64,000 nt of DNA from Bacteroidales bacterium. GTDB lineage: Bacteria > Bacteroidota > Bacteroidia > Bacteroidales > UBA932. The DNA lies in contig JAFYVM010000034.1 of NCBI GenBank assembly GCA_017549145.1, forward strand, positions 3,220 through 67,219, written 5' to 3'. The notes beneath the pieces are model-generated. The model was not told where the DNA came from, ran no database searches, and saw nothing but the letters and a program-made list of their open reading frames with translations. Made by a program: the position numbers and the translations under genes. Below, piece after piece: positions 1 through 8,964 of this stretch; the stretch's first letter is position 1; each line of letters opens with the position of its first letter.

Positions 1-1
1 T

Positions 2-2161
2 CCGATAATGGGATTCCCGGAGGTGCAGAGACGCATCGAGAGCATCATTGACAGATATGGAGATGTAAAGGACACCGCTTCTGACGCCCTATACGAAATC
101 CGTAAGTCACTACGAGAGAGAGAAGGCGCCATCTCCCGTAGAATGAACGCCATTCTCAAGAGAGCCCAGGAGGAGGGCATCGTAGATAGTGACGCAGGTG
201 TTACCATTCGAGATGGCAAGATGCTGATTCCTGTAAGCGCAGCAAACAAGAGACGCATTTCAGGATTTATCTACGACGAATCCGCTACAGGAAAGACTGC
301 GTATATCGAGCCTGCCGAAGTTGTGGAGCTTGATAATGAGATTAAAGAACTTAAATTCTCCGAGCAGAGAGAGATCCAGCGAATTCTTTTTGAATTCACA
401 GAGTTCATGAGACCGTATATTCCAGACCTGTTGGATGCGGCACGCTACCTTGGAGAAATTGACTTCATAATGGCAAAGGCCCAGGTGGCCCTTGAATTCA
501 TCGCCGGAATGCCTGTAATATCAGACAATGGCGAGATGAACCTTCGCAAAGCACGCCACCCTCTTTTGGAGCGCGCACTCAAGAAGGAAAGAAAGGAAAT
601 CGTTCCGCTTACAGCCACTCTGACTCCGGCAAAGCACATCCTGCTCATTTCAGGACCTAACGCCGGCGGAAAGTCTGTGTGCCTGAAGACTGTCGGACTT
701 CTTCAGTATATGTTCCAGTGGGGCATGCTTATCCCAACTTCGGAAACATCTGAGATGATGGTCTTTGACCGCATCATGGTGGATATCGGAGACGATCAGT
801 CAATCGACAATGACCTCAGTACATATAGCTCCTTCCTTGTAAACATGAAGGACATGCTTGCAAAGGCAGACTCAAAGACACTTATTCTCATCGACGAGTT
901 TGGTTCTGGAACAGAGCCAGCAGCCGGTGGAGCGATTGCAGAGGCCATTCTATGCGAATTCGACAAGCGCGGCGCATACGGAGTCATCACTACCCACTAT
1001 ACAAACCTCAAGCTCTATGCTTCAGCAGACACTGGGGTAATGAATGGTGCCATGATGTTTGATGTGAAGAACATCGCCCCTATGTTCAAGCTTGAGATGG
1101 GACTCCCTGGCAACTCATTCGCCTTCGAGCTTGCCCGCAAGACCGGTCTTCCAGAGGCAATCATTAAGGATGCCGAATCTCGCGCAGGCGAAGAGTTCGT
1201 GGGAATTGAGCGCAACCTCAGGAAGATTGCCCGCAACCGCAAGGCCCTGGATGAAAAGCTTGAGCGCATCAAGAACACTGACCGCACTCTGGAAAATATC
1301 ACAGACAAGTACCAGAAGGAACTCCTTCAGATCAAGAATCTGAAAAAGGAGATTATTGATGAGGCAAAGAAAGAGGCTGAAGCTATCATCAAGGGTGCAA
1401 ACAAACAGGTAGAGAACACAATCAAGACTATACGCGAGTCTCAGGCTGCGAAGGAGGAGACCCAGGAGGCTCGTAAAGGACTTCAGGACTTTATGTCTAT
1501 CCTAGCAGCGAAGAAAGAGCAGGAGCAAAAGGAAAAAGAGGATTACATCGAGAAGAAGATTCGCCAGCTCGACGCCCGCAAGGAAAGACAGAGACAAAGA
1601 AAAGCACAAAAGGCAGATGCCAAGGCGCAGCAGGAACAGATGGAGCTTCAGGCTGAGCAGGAGAGAATAGAGGCCTTCAGATCCGCACCTCTTAAGGCAG
1701 GAGAAAAGGTGAGAGTAAAGACAAACGGAATGGTCGGAGAGGTCGTTAAGGTTTCTGCAAAGGCCGTTGTTGTTACAATCGGTAATATCAGCAGCAAGAT
1801 GCCGCTTGATAAAGTAGAGCGCATAACCTCTAATGAGTTCAAAAACGCAGTTAAGGAAGTTGCGCGACCTGTATCTTCTGTACGCGTGGATTCCTCACTG
1901 ACTGAGCGCAAATTGAACTTCAGCACTGAACTTGATGTGCGTGGCGAACGCCTCAACGATGCCGTTGAAAAAGTAACTCACTATATTGACGATGCCTTGA
2001 TGTTGAATGTATCCAGCGTAAGAATCATCCATGGCAAGGGTACCGGAGTGCTTCGTGATGAGCTGCAGAAACTCATCCGCACAATGCCGGGAGTTGCTAG
2101 CGCAAAGGATGAACACATCCAGTTTGGAGGTAGCGGAGTTACTGTTGTTACATTTGAATAA
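2..2161 (+). CDS. mutS2: Endonuclease MutS2, 5' end truncated by the window edge
   Basis: Walker A SGPNAGGKS, LIDEFGSGTEP, TTHY, coiled coil, KOW-like segment and C-terminal Smr domain (LDVRGE...IIHGKGTGVL). The frame is open upstream of the ATG at 8. Confidence 0.95.
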   Translation, partial: PIMGFPEVQRRIESIIDRYGDVKDTASDALYEIRKSLREREGAISRRMNAILKRAQEEGIVDSDAGVTIRDGKMLIPVSAANKRRISGFIYDESATGKTAYIEPAEVVELDNEIKELKFSEQREIQRILFEFTEFMRPYIPDLLDAARYLGEIDFIMAKAQVALEFIAGMPVISDNGEMNLRKARHPLLERALKKERKEIVPLTATLTPAKHILLISGPNAGGKSVCLKTVGLLQYMFQWGMLIPTSETSEMMVFDRIMVDIGDDQSIDNDLSTYSSFLVNMKDMLAKADSKTLILIDEFGSGTEPAAGGAIAEAILCEFDKRGAYGVITTHYTNLKLYASADTGVMNGAMMFDVKNIAPMFKLEMGLPGNSFAFELARKTGLPEAIIKDAESRAGEEFVGIERNLRKIARNRKALDEKLERIKNTDRTLENITDKYQKELLQIKNLKKEIIDEAKKEAEAIIKGANKQVENTIKTIRESQAAKEETQEARKGLQDFMSILAAKKEQEQKEKEDYIEKKIRQLDARKERQRQRKAQKADAKAQQEQMELQAEQERIEAFRSAPLKAGEKVRVKTNGMVGEVVKVSAKAVVVTIGNISSKMPLDKVERITSNEFKNAVKEVARPVSSVRVDSSLTERKLNFSTELDVRGERLNDAVEKVTHYIDDALMLNVSSVRIIHGKGTGVLRDELQKLIRTMPGVASAKDEHIQFGGSGVTVVTFE

Positions 2162-2177
2162 TAAAACACTAACGCAT

Positions 2178-2600
2178 ATGAAAAAACTAGGATTTATCGC
2201 TGCAATGTGCCTTACAATGGCTTTTGCAAGCAGCTGCGGAGGAGGAAAGGCAAGCATGGAGCCAGATGCAGTAGTAACAGGATTCTACACATCACTCACA
2301 TCTATGAATTTCGATGAGGCAGTAAAGTTCTGTGTAGAGGAGAGCGCAGCCACTGCGTATGTAGATCAGTATCGTCAGCTATATGAGGCTAATCTGAAAA
2401 GAGATGAGAAGGTGACTAAGCTTGCTGCAGAGAAGGCTGCAGGAAGCACAATCGCAGTTACAGAAACACTAAAGGACAAGGACAGCAGAACTGTCTTTTT
2501 CGTGATTTCGGACATTTACGGTAATACTAAGGAGAAAGAAGCGACATTGCAGAAGGTAGAGAAGGGATGGAAGATCGCAGAAATAAAAGACAAACAATAG
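2178..2600 (+). CDS. Small lipoprotein (DUF4878/NTF2-like)
   Basis: Lipobox MKKLGFIAAMCLTMAFASSC at ATG 2178; P..VV..FY motif and C-terminal 'L.KVEKGWKI'. Confidence 0.7.
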   Translation: MKKLGFIAAMCLTMAFASSCGGGKASMEPDAVVTGFYTSLTSMNFDEAVKFCVEESAATAYVDQYRQLYEANLKRDEKVTKLAAEKAAGSTIAVTETLKDKDSRTVFFVISDIYGNTKEKEATLQKVEKGWKIAEIKDKQ

Positions 2601-2956
2601 GCAAGCTTGGTGAGGACCTGGCCTGTGACGCACTACTGGCAAAGGGACACACTATACTTGAAAGAAACTTCAGGAGCGGGCATCTTGAAATAGATATCAT
2701 TTCAGCAAGCGCTGATGGAATACATTTTGTAGAGGTAAAGGCCCGCCGCGAAAACATACAGGCTCCCCCACAGGAAAGTGTAGATTTCGCAAAGCAGAGA
2801 AGAATAGCCTCTGCAGCCAAAGGGTTCCTTAGAAACCACAAGGGCCCGTCTTATGGCAGTGGCGAGTGCCACTTTGATGTCGTTGCTGTCATTTTTACAG
2901 AAAGGACTACGCTATTGGAATATATCCCAGACGCGTATATACCTATATACTTATAA
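2567..2956 (+). CDS. YraN family (UPF0102) nuclease-like protein
   Basis: G..GED.A...L...G..ILERNFR...EIDII...HFVEVKAR and FDVVAV motifs. Confidence 0.92.
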   Translation: MEDRRNKRQTIGKLGEDLACDALLAKGHTILERNFRSGHLEIDIISASADGIHFVEVKARRENIQAPPQESVDFAKQRRIASAAKGFLRNHKGPSYGSGECHFDVVAVIFTERTTLLEYIPDAYIPIYL

Positions 2957-2975
2957 CACTATAACTTCACACATA

Positions 2976-4073
2976 ATGAACAAATCACATTGCTACTGCG
3001 TTATTATGGCCGGAGGCAACGGTGTCCGTATCTGGCCTGTCAGCAGAAATGCAAAACCAAAACAATTCCTGGATGTTGCCGACACAGGCAAAACTTTTAT
3101 ACAAAGTACCTTTGAAAGATTCTCGAAGATCGTCCCAAAGGAGAACATTCTAATTGTCACTGGCGACAGATATCGTAAACTCATTGCAGAGCAGCTCCCG
3201 GAAGTGGCTCCTGAAAACGTTCTTTATGAGCCATATTCAAGAAGTACAGCCCCATGTATCGCTTATGCTACCTATACTCTGCTCAAAAGGGATCCGGAGG
3301 CAAAGATTGTAGTCACTCCATCTGACCACTTGATTGAGGATGAGGAAGTTTTCGTTGAGACTATTGAAAAGTCATTTGATTATATCGACGGAAATGATGT
3401 GCTTATGACTCTAGGAGTCGTTCCGACAAGACCTGATACCAACTATGGATACATTCAGGCGTGCGGCGGTAGCGAGGCGTACAAAAAGGGTGTTCCACTT
3501 CAGGTGAAGACATTCACAGAGAAACCAGACCGCGAGCTTGCGCAGGTGTTCATCAACACAGGTGAATTCTTCTGGAACGCCGGTATCTTTATCTGGAAGG
3601 CACAGACCATCCGTCAGGAAATGGAGAAACATCTTCCGGAAGTCACCAAGCTGTTTAACGGCTGGGAGAATGTACTGGGAACACCACTAGAAGGCGAATT
3701 CATTGCAAGAACATACACTGATTGTGCGAATATTTCAATCGACTATGGTGTAATGGAGAAGACTGACAGAGCATGGATCTGTCCGGTACAGTTCAAGTGG
3801 AATGATGTCGGAACATGGGAATCACTTTACAACATCATCCCGACAAAGGATCAGAAGGGCAATGCAATCAGCGCAGAAAAGACTTTGATTGAGGATACTC
3901 GAGATGTGCTTGTAGTTACACCTAGCAAGAAGAAATTAATTGCAATCAAGGGATTGGAAGATTATATGGTAATCGATACTGAGGACGCACTGGTAATCTG
4001 CCCTAAGGACGATAAGAAGTTTAAGGAATTTATCTCAGGCATAGCAATGCCGGAATACGAAAAATACAGATAA
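2976..4073 (+). CDS. Mannose-1-phosphate guanylyltransferase
   Basis: VIMAGG.G.R.WP.SR...PKQFL, TPSDH, FTEKP, WNAGIF, SIDYGVME, WNDVGTW; start at ATG 2976. Confidence 0.93.
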   Translation: MNKSHCYCVIMAGGNGVRIWPVSRNAKPKQFLDVADTGKTFIQSTFERFSKIVPKENILIVTGDRYRKLIAEQLPEVAPENVLYEPYSRSTAPCIAYATYTLLKRDPEAKIVVTPSDHLIEDEEVFVETIEKSFDYIDGNDVLMTLGVVPTRPDTNYGYIQACGGSEAYKKGVPLQVKTFTEKPDRELAQVFINTGEFFWNAGIFIWKAQTIRQEMEKHLPEVTKLFNGWENVLGTPLEGEFIARTYTDCANISIDYGVMEKTDRAWICPVQFKWNDVGTWESLYNIIPTKDQKGNAISAEKTLIEDTRDVLVVTPSKKKLIAIKGLEDYMVIDTEDALVICPKDDKKFKEFISGIAMPEYEKYR

Positions 4074-4074
4074 T

Positions 4075-4521
4075 ATGGAGAAAAGAATACAGGCCGACAT
4101 GGTGTCGGCAATGAAGGCAAAGGAAGCCGTAAAACTTGCATCACTCAGAGCCATCAAGGCAGCAATCCTCCTCGCTAAGACAGCAGAGGGAGGAAACGGC
4201 GAAGTGACTGACCAGGAAATTGTAAAGATTATTCAGAAGCTTGTCAAGCAGCGCAAGGAAAGCGCACAGCAGTATATCGACGCAGGACGCCCAGAGCTTG
4301 CAGAAAACGAGCTTGCAGAAGTTGCAGAGATGGAGGTTTACCTTCCAAAGCAGCTCAGCGAAGCAGAGGTTGAGGCAGAGCTCGTTAAGATTATTGCAGA
4401 AGTTGGTGCAACACAGCCTTCAGATATGGGTAAGGTAATGGGAGTAGCGACTAAGAAGCTCGCAGGCCTCGCAGAAGGACGCTTGATCTCAACACTTGTC
4501 AAGCAGTTGCTGGCAAAATAA
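4075..4521 (+). CDS. GatB/YqeY domain protein
   Basis: AMKAK...L..LR.IK, KQRKES...Y..AGR.ELA, YLPKQLS, DMGKVMG. Confidence 0.93.
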   Translation: MEKRIQADMVSAMKAKEAVKLASLRAIKAAILLAKTAEGGNGEVTDQEIVKIIQKLVKQRKESAQQYIDAGRPELAENELAEVAEMEVYLPKQLSEAEVEAELVKIIAEVGATQPSDMGKVMGVATKKLAGLAEGRLISTLVKQLLAK

Positions 4522-4607
4522 AAAAGCCGACCTTGTGCACAAGGACGACTGGCATATGATTGAACCCCGTCGGGTGATATTGCTAGAACCGAAGTTCTTT
4601 CAAAAGT

Positions 4608-4637
4608 AAAGTCAGCATTTCTGCTGACTTTCTTTTT
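4608..4637. terminator. Bidirectional intrinsic terminator between yqeY-like gene and tRNA-Gly
   Basis: AAAGTCAGCA-TTTC-TGCTGACTTT hairpin with T-tracts on both strands. Confidence 0.75.
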
Positions 4638-4642
4638 ATTTT

Positions 4643-4718
4643 TGGAGCAGAAGACGAGGCTCGAACTCGCGACCCCAACCTTGGCAAGGTTGTGCTCTAC
4701 CAACTGAGCTACTTCTGC
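4643..4718 (-). tRNA. tRNA-Gly(GCC)
   Basis: Reverse complement GCAGAAGTAGCTCAGTTGGTAGAGCACAACCTTGCCAAGGTTGGGGTCGCGAGTTCGAGCCTCGTCTTCTGCTCCA: 76 nt cloverleaf, GCC anticodon, encoded CCA. Confidence 0.98.
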
Positions 4719-4738
4719 ATATTTCCCGAATGGGATTG

Positions 4739-4769
4739 CAAAGGTACGAAGAAATTTTAAACTTCCAAA
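4739..4769 (-). promoter_or_regulatory. Bacteroidetes sigma-A promoter of tRNA-Gly
   Basis: -7 TACCTTTG (4739-4746) and -33 TTTG (4766-4769) with a 19-nt spacer. Confidence 0.8.
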
Positions 4770-4942
4770 TTTTTCTGGGAAAAAATGCAGAAAAATGTTA
4801 AAAAATCTTCAAAAACTTCACTTTTGCCTCTTTTTAGCCCCAAAATCAATAAAAATCTCGGCTCAAACTCGAAATTTTAACAAGAAGAGGCTGACTAAAA
4901 AGTCAATTAGACTTTGATGGGAACAAAAAACTTAAGAAGAAC

Positions 4943-4968
4943 AAAAGATGCGTCGTTTCCGACGCATC
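4943..4968 (-). terminator. Intrinsic terminator of pheS
   Basis: GATGCGTCG-TTTC-CGACGCATC hairpin followed by a T-tract on the minus strand. Confidence 0.75.
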
Positions 4969-4976
4969 ATTTTTCA

Positions 4977-6002
4977 TTATAACGAAGTTTCAAATTCTTT
5001 GAGGAAGCGGAGGTCGTTCTCGAAGTAATTTCTTAGGTCACGAACCTGCCATTTGAGCATTGCGATTCGTTCAACTCCCATACCGAAAGCGAAACCGCTG
5101 TATTTCTTGCTGTCGATTCCAGAAGCCTCGAGGACGTTAGGGTCAACCATTCCACATCCCATGATCTCGAGCCAGCCTGTTCCCTTGCAGACATTACATC
5201 CCTTTCCGCCGCAGATGTTACAGCTTACATCAATCTCTGCTGAAGGCTCTGTGAATGGGAAGTATGAAGGACGCATACGAATCTCTGTCTGTGCACCGAA
5301 CATCTCACGAGCAAAGAGCAGAATAGCCTGCTTCATATCTGCGAATGTAACATTCTCGTCAATATAGAGACCCTCTACCTGATGGAAGATACAGTGTGCA
5401 CGAGCCGAAATAGCCTCGTTACGGAACACACGGCCAGGACAAACGATACGGATTGGAAGAGGCATCTTCTCCATTGCGCGCACCTGAACTGATGATGTGT
5501 GAGTACGGAGGAGCACCGGGTTATCGCTATCGCTGATAAAGAATGTATCCTGCATCTCACGAGCCGGGTGCTCTGGAGGGAAGTTCAAAGCTTCGAATAC
5601 ATGCCAGTCGTCCTCAATCTCCGGACCCTCTGAAACATCGTATCCGAATTTACGGAAGATGCTCACAATCTCTTCGCGAGCGATTGAAACCGGGTGACGA
5701 GATCCAAGGCTTACTGGATCTCCTGGCATAGTATAGTCAAACGCAGCAGCACCTGCAACTGGTGACTCTGCTGCAGCTTCCTTAAGCTCTTCAATCTTAG
5801 CAGCTGCTGTATTTTTAAGGACATTGAGTTTCTGTCCGAATTCTCTCTTCAGTTCAGGGGCAACTGTACGGAACTCCTCGAAAAGAGCAGTAACAGAACC
5901 TTTCTTACCCAAGAGGCGCACACGAGCCTCTTCAATCTCCTGCTCGGTCTTGCAGGTCAATCCAGCTATTTCGGCCATCAGGGCCTCAATTCTTTCTTTC
6001 AT
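4977..6002 (-). CDS. pheS: Phenylalanine--tRNA ligase alpha subunit
   Basis: HPAREMQDTF, LRTHTS, FHQVEG, FPFTEPS, GFAFGMGVER; start at MKERIE (6002). Confidence 0.98.
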   Translation of the reverse strand: MKERIEALMAEIAGLTCKTEQEIEEARVRLLGKKGSVTALFEEFRTVAPELKREFGQKLNVLKNTAAAKIEELKEAAAESPVAGAAAFDYTMPGDPVSLGSRHPVSIAREEIVSIFRKFGYDVSEGPEIEDDWHVFEALNFPPEHPAREMQDTFFISDSDNPVLLRTHTSSVQVRAMEKMPLPIRIVCPGRVFRNEAISARAHCIFHQVEGLYIDENVTFADMKQAILLFAREMFGAQTEIRMRPSYFPFTEPSAEIDVSCNICGGKGCNVCKGTGWLEIMGCGMVDPNVLEASGIDSKKYSGFAFGMGVERIAMLKWQVRDLRNYFENDLRFLKEFETSL

Positions 6003-6031
6003 ATTTTTGTTGATTCTTGTTTCATTCGTTT

Positions 6032-6112
6032 TTTGTCCACCAAAAGCCTGATTTCGTGGACAAACACTCATTTTTCACCTACTTTGTCCACCAAAAGTGC
6101 GATTTCGTGGAG
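6032..6112. repeat. Tandem pair of imperfect palindromes (TCC-N19-GGA, 51-bp period)
   Basis: TTTGTCCACCAAAAGCCTGATTTCGTGGACAAA at 6032 and TTTGTCCACCAAAAGTGCGATTTCGTGGA at 6083. Confidence 0.8.
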
Positions 6113-6128
6113 AGGATGGCAAAGATAG

Positions 6129-6623
6129 TTATTTTTCTGCGGAAATCTCTTCCTGAGGATATCCGATTGCAATAACACAATACGGACGCAGATTTTCCTT
6201 GATACCAAGCAGTTCGCGAACATAATCCTCAGCCTTGAGTCCATCTGGCTCAGCTTTATAGCGCGGACGACCATTACAATGCACCCAACAGCTGACAAGA
6301 TCCATTGCTGTTACTGCCAACTGAACAAAAGTTGCAGAGATAGCACAGTTATCCACCCATAGGTCTGTCTTAGTCTGATCACCAAGCACAACAATCGCTG
6401 CAGGTGCACCAGAAAGAAGAGCAGAACCATAATCACGCATCTGGGATAACGCATCAAGAGTATCGCGATCCTCAATAATCATGAAAGCCGTACTCTTGCT
6501 GTTTCTAGACGAAGGCGCAGTCTGAGCAACCTTGACGATTGCATCCAAGAGCTCTCTTTCAACTAGGCGGTCAGAATACTTTCTGACAGAACGCCTTTTT
6601 TCTATTACTTGTAAAAAATCCAT
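6129..6623 (-). CDS. Nitroreductase family protein
   Basis: RRSVRKY, APSSRN, SCWV, IAIGYP. Confidence 0.92.
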   Translation of the reverse strand: MDFLQVIEKRRSVRKYSDRLVERELLDAIVKVAQTAPSSRNSKSTAFMIIEDRDTLDALSQMRDYGSALLSGAPAAIVVLGDQTKTDLWVDNCAISATFVQLAVTAMDLVSCWVHCNGRPRYKAEPDGLKAEDYVRELLGIKENLRPYCVIAIGYPQEEISAEK

Positions 6624-6647
6624 TGTACTTCTATTTAGAGCAATATC

Positions 6648-7058
6648 CTACAATTGTCCTGCGGCCTTGGCCTTGCGTTTCTCACGAGCCTTCTGAACTT
6701 TTGCTGCGCCGCTCTTCAAATATGCAGCCCACTGCTGAGGAGTAAATATTCTTTTATATGTAGCATCGATCTGCTCCCACCATTTATCCTGAACAGCCTG
6801 ATACAGCATCATGTTAGACACCTTCGAATTGCGAAGCTTATCCATTTCAGCCACCATTGCAGGAAAATCATGCTTCAATGTTGAATCAACATAGAAAACC
6901 TGCCAATCTTCCAGGTCAAGAATTCTCTGGAGTCTGTCGGCTTCCATCTCTGCCTGCTCGTATACATCCGGCTGATTATCTTTTTCCTGTGCAAATGCCT
7001 CTACAGACGAGCAGAGAAGCACAAACACAAAGGAAAGAGCAAAAGTAAGTACTTTCAT
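6648..7058 (-). CDS. Hypothetical exported helical protein
   Basis: Signal peptide ending AFA-Q; 'IFTPQQWAAY' resembles an LTxxQ motif; start uncertain. Confidence 0.65.
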   Translation of the reverse strand: MKVLTFALSFVFVLLCSSVEAFAQEKDNQPDVYEQAEMEADRLQRILDLEDWQVFYVDSTLKHDFPAMVAEMDKLRNSKVSNMMLYQAVQDKWWEQIDATYKRIFTPQQWAAYLKSGAAKVQKAREKRKAKAAGQL

Positions 7059-7132
7059 ATTGTCGTAAATTTTCATATTTTTGCAGAATGTCAAAACGTT
7101 ACAAAAATAGATATTTATAATAAAAGTACAAA

Positions 7133-8893
7133 ATGAGAAGACTTACAGCCATCCTCTTTACCGCATTGGCGGCAATGACATTCTTTGGCACTGAAAGCAA
7201 GGCCTGCACGAATGTTCTAGTAACAAAGGGAGCCAGCACAGACGGCTCAAACATTATATCATACGCCGCTGACTCACATCAGCTCTTTGGAGAGCTATAT
7301 TATAAGAAGGCCGGTTTCTGGAAAGAAGGAGAACTTCGCAAGATCAATGAGTGGGACACAGGAAAATATCTGGGAGAGATCCCGCAGGTTCCTGTAACTT
7401 ACCAGAGAGTAGGAAACATGAACGAGCACCAGCTCATCATTGCAGAGACAACATACGGCGGCCGCCCAGAACTCGAAGATCCAAAGGGTATCATGGACTA
7501 TGGTTCACTTATCTATGTCGCCCTTGAGAGAGCACAAACTGCTCGTGAGGCTATCGAAATCATCGTTAATCTTGCCAACACATACGGCTACTACTCAAGC
7601 GGAGAGTCTTTCTCAATCGCAGATACTGAGGAAGTATGGGTTATGGATCTCATCGGAAAGGGTCCGAACAACAAGGGTATTGTATGGGTAGCACGCAGAG
7701 TTCCTGACGGATACATCTGCGCACACGCTAATCAGGCTCGCATCAGCACATTCCCACAGAATGACCCTGAGAATTGCATGTACGCTCCAGACGTTATCTC
7801 ATTCGCTCGCGAGATGGGATATTTCAATGGAGAGGATAAGGACTTCAGCTTCTGCGATGCATATGCACCACTCGATTTCAGCGGAATGAGAGGTTGCGAG
7901 GCGCGTGCTTGGTCTGCATTCAACATCCTTTGTGACGGAAAGTTCACTTTTGAGGACGAGAATGGCAACGTAGTTACCAAAGATGCATACGATTACATCG
8001 ACTATGCAATGGGATGGGATACATCAAAGAGATTCCCTCTTTTCGTAAAGCCTACACGCAAGATCAGCGTTAAGGACGTGGCTGACGTAATGCGTGACCA
8101 TTATGAGGGCACTCCTATGGATATGACACAGGATATCGGAGCTGGCGGAAATGCACTTCCATACCGTTGGAGACCGATGAACTTCAAGCACGAGGACAAG
8201 ACTTACATGAATGAGAGAGCTATCGCTACTCAGCAGACTGGTTTCTGGTTCGTAGGACAGTCACGTGGATGGCTTCCGGATGAAATCGGTGGAGTGAACT
8301 GGTTCGGATGCGACGATGCTGCAACATCTTATCTTACACCTATCTATACTTCAACTTATGTCATCCCTGAGTGCTTCCGCGAGGGTAATGGAAATATGGT
8401 TACATACTCTCCTACTTCCGCATTCTGGGTTACAAACCGTGTTGCTAACGCTTGCTACAAGGCATACAACATCATGTTCCCTACAGTAGATGCTGCTATC
8501 GACGCATGGGAGGCAGAAATGGCTGAGGCTGTTGTAGAGGCAGACAAAGTAGCATTGAAAATGTATGAAGATGCAACAAAGAAACCTGTAAAGCAGATTC
8601 ATAGAAACGACAAGAACCCTAAGGTTGTTGATCCTTATGCTGAGGTTCGCAATTATCTCACAACTTTCTCCGTGGAAAATGCTCAGAAGATCTTCAACAA
8701 GTGGGTTGACCTTGAGGTTCTTCTACTTGTTAAATACATTGACGGTAACGTTAAGGCTCAGAATGCAGATGGCAGCTTCGTGACTAATGAACACACTGAT
8801 CGTATTCCTGACAAGATCACTCAACCTGGCTATACAGAAAAATGGAAAGCTTGCGTAGCAGCTGACCATGGTAAGGTTGTAGAAGTGAAATAA
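7133..8893 (+). CDS. Dipeptidase, peptidase family C69
   Basis: Signal peptide followed by N-terminal nucleophile 'CTNVLVTKGASTDGS'; GNMNEHQL.IAETT, AHANQARI. Confidence 0.92.
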   Translation: MRRLTAILFTALAAMTFFGTESKACTNVLVTKGASTDGSNIISYAADSHQLFGELYYKKAGFWKEGELRKINEWDTGKYLGEIPQVPVTYQRVGNMNEHQLIIAETTYGGRPELEDPKGIMDYGSLIYVALERAQTAREAIEIIVNLANTYGYYSSGESFSIADTEEVWVMDLIGKGPNNKGIVWVARRVPDGYICAHANQARISTFPQNDPENCMYAPDVISFAREMGYFNGEDKDFSFCDAYAPLDFSGMRGCEARAWSAFNILCDGKFTFEDENGNVVTKDAYDYIDYAMGWDTSKRFPLFVKPTRKISVKDVADVMRDHYEGTPMDMTQDIGAGGNALPYRWRPMNFKHEDKTYMNERAIATQQTGFWFVGQSRGWLPDEIGGVNWFGCDDAATSYLTPIYTSTYVIPECFREGNGNMVTYSPTSAFWVTNRVANACYKAYNIMFPTVDAAIDAWEAEMAEAVVEADKVALKMYEDATKKPVKQIHRNDKNPKVVDPYAEVRNYLTTFSVENAQKIFNKWVDLEVLLLVKYIDGNVKAQNADGSFVTNEHTDRIPDKITQPGYTEKWKACVAADHGKVVEVK

Positions 8894-8911
8894 TCGACAC
8901 TTACATACACA

Positions 8912-8943
8912 AAGAGAGGCGGCCCATTTGGGTCGCCTCTCTT
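8912..8943. terminator. Bidirectional terminator between convergent C69 peptidase and EF-G2 genes
   Basis: AAGAGAGGCGGCCCA-TT-TGGGTCGCCTCTCTT inverted repeat. Confidence 0.75.
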
Positions 8944-8964
8944 AATATTATATAAATTTCATTA

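Noticed and set aside
4338-4703. 121-aa ORF beginning MVEHNLAKVGVASSSLV
   Set aside because: Translation of the tRNA-Gly sequence; a common annotation artefact.
4885-4916. AAGAGGCTGACTAAAAAGTC, reminiscent of an IS end
   Set aside because: A single half with no partner repeat and no transposase; cannot be supported.
4643-4976. tRNA-Gly as an integration site
   Set aside because: No integrase, and I saw no duplicated tRNA 3' end in the window.
6032-6112. Palindromic repeat-spacer-repeat as a mini CRISPR (also 37021-37132 and 41078-41158)
   Set aside because: Only two non-identical units each, with no leader or cas genes. Reported as repeats instead.
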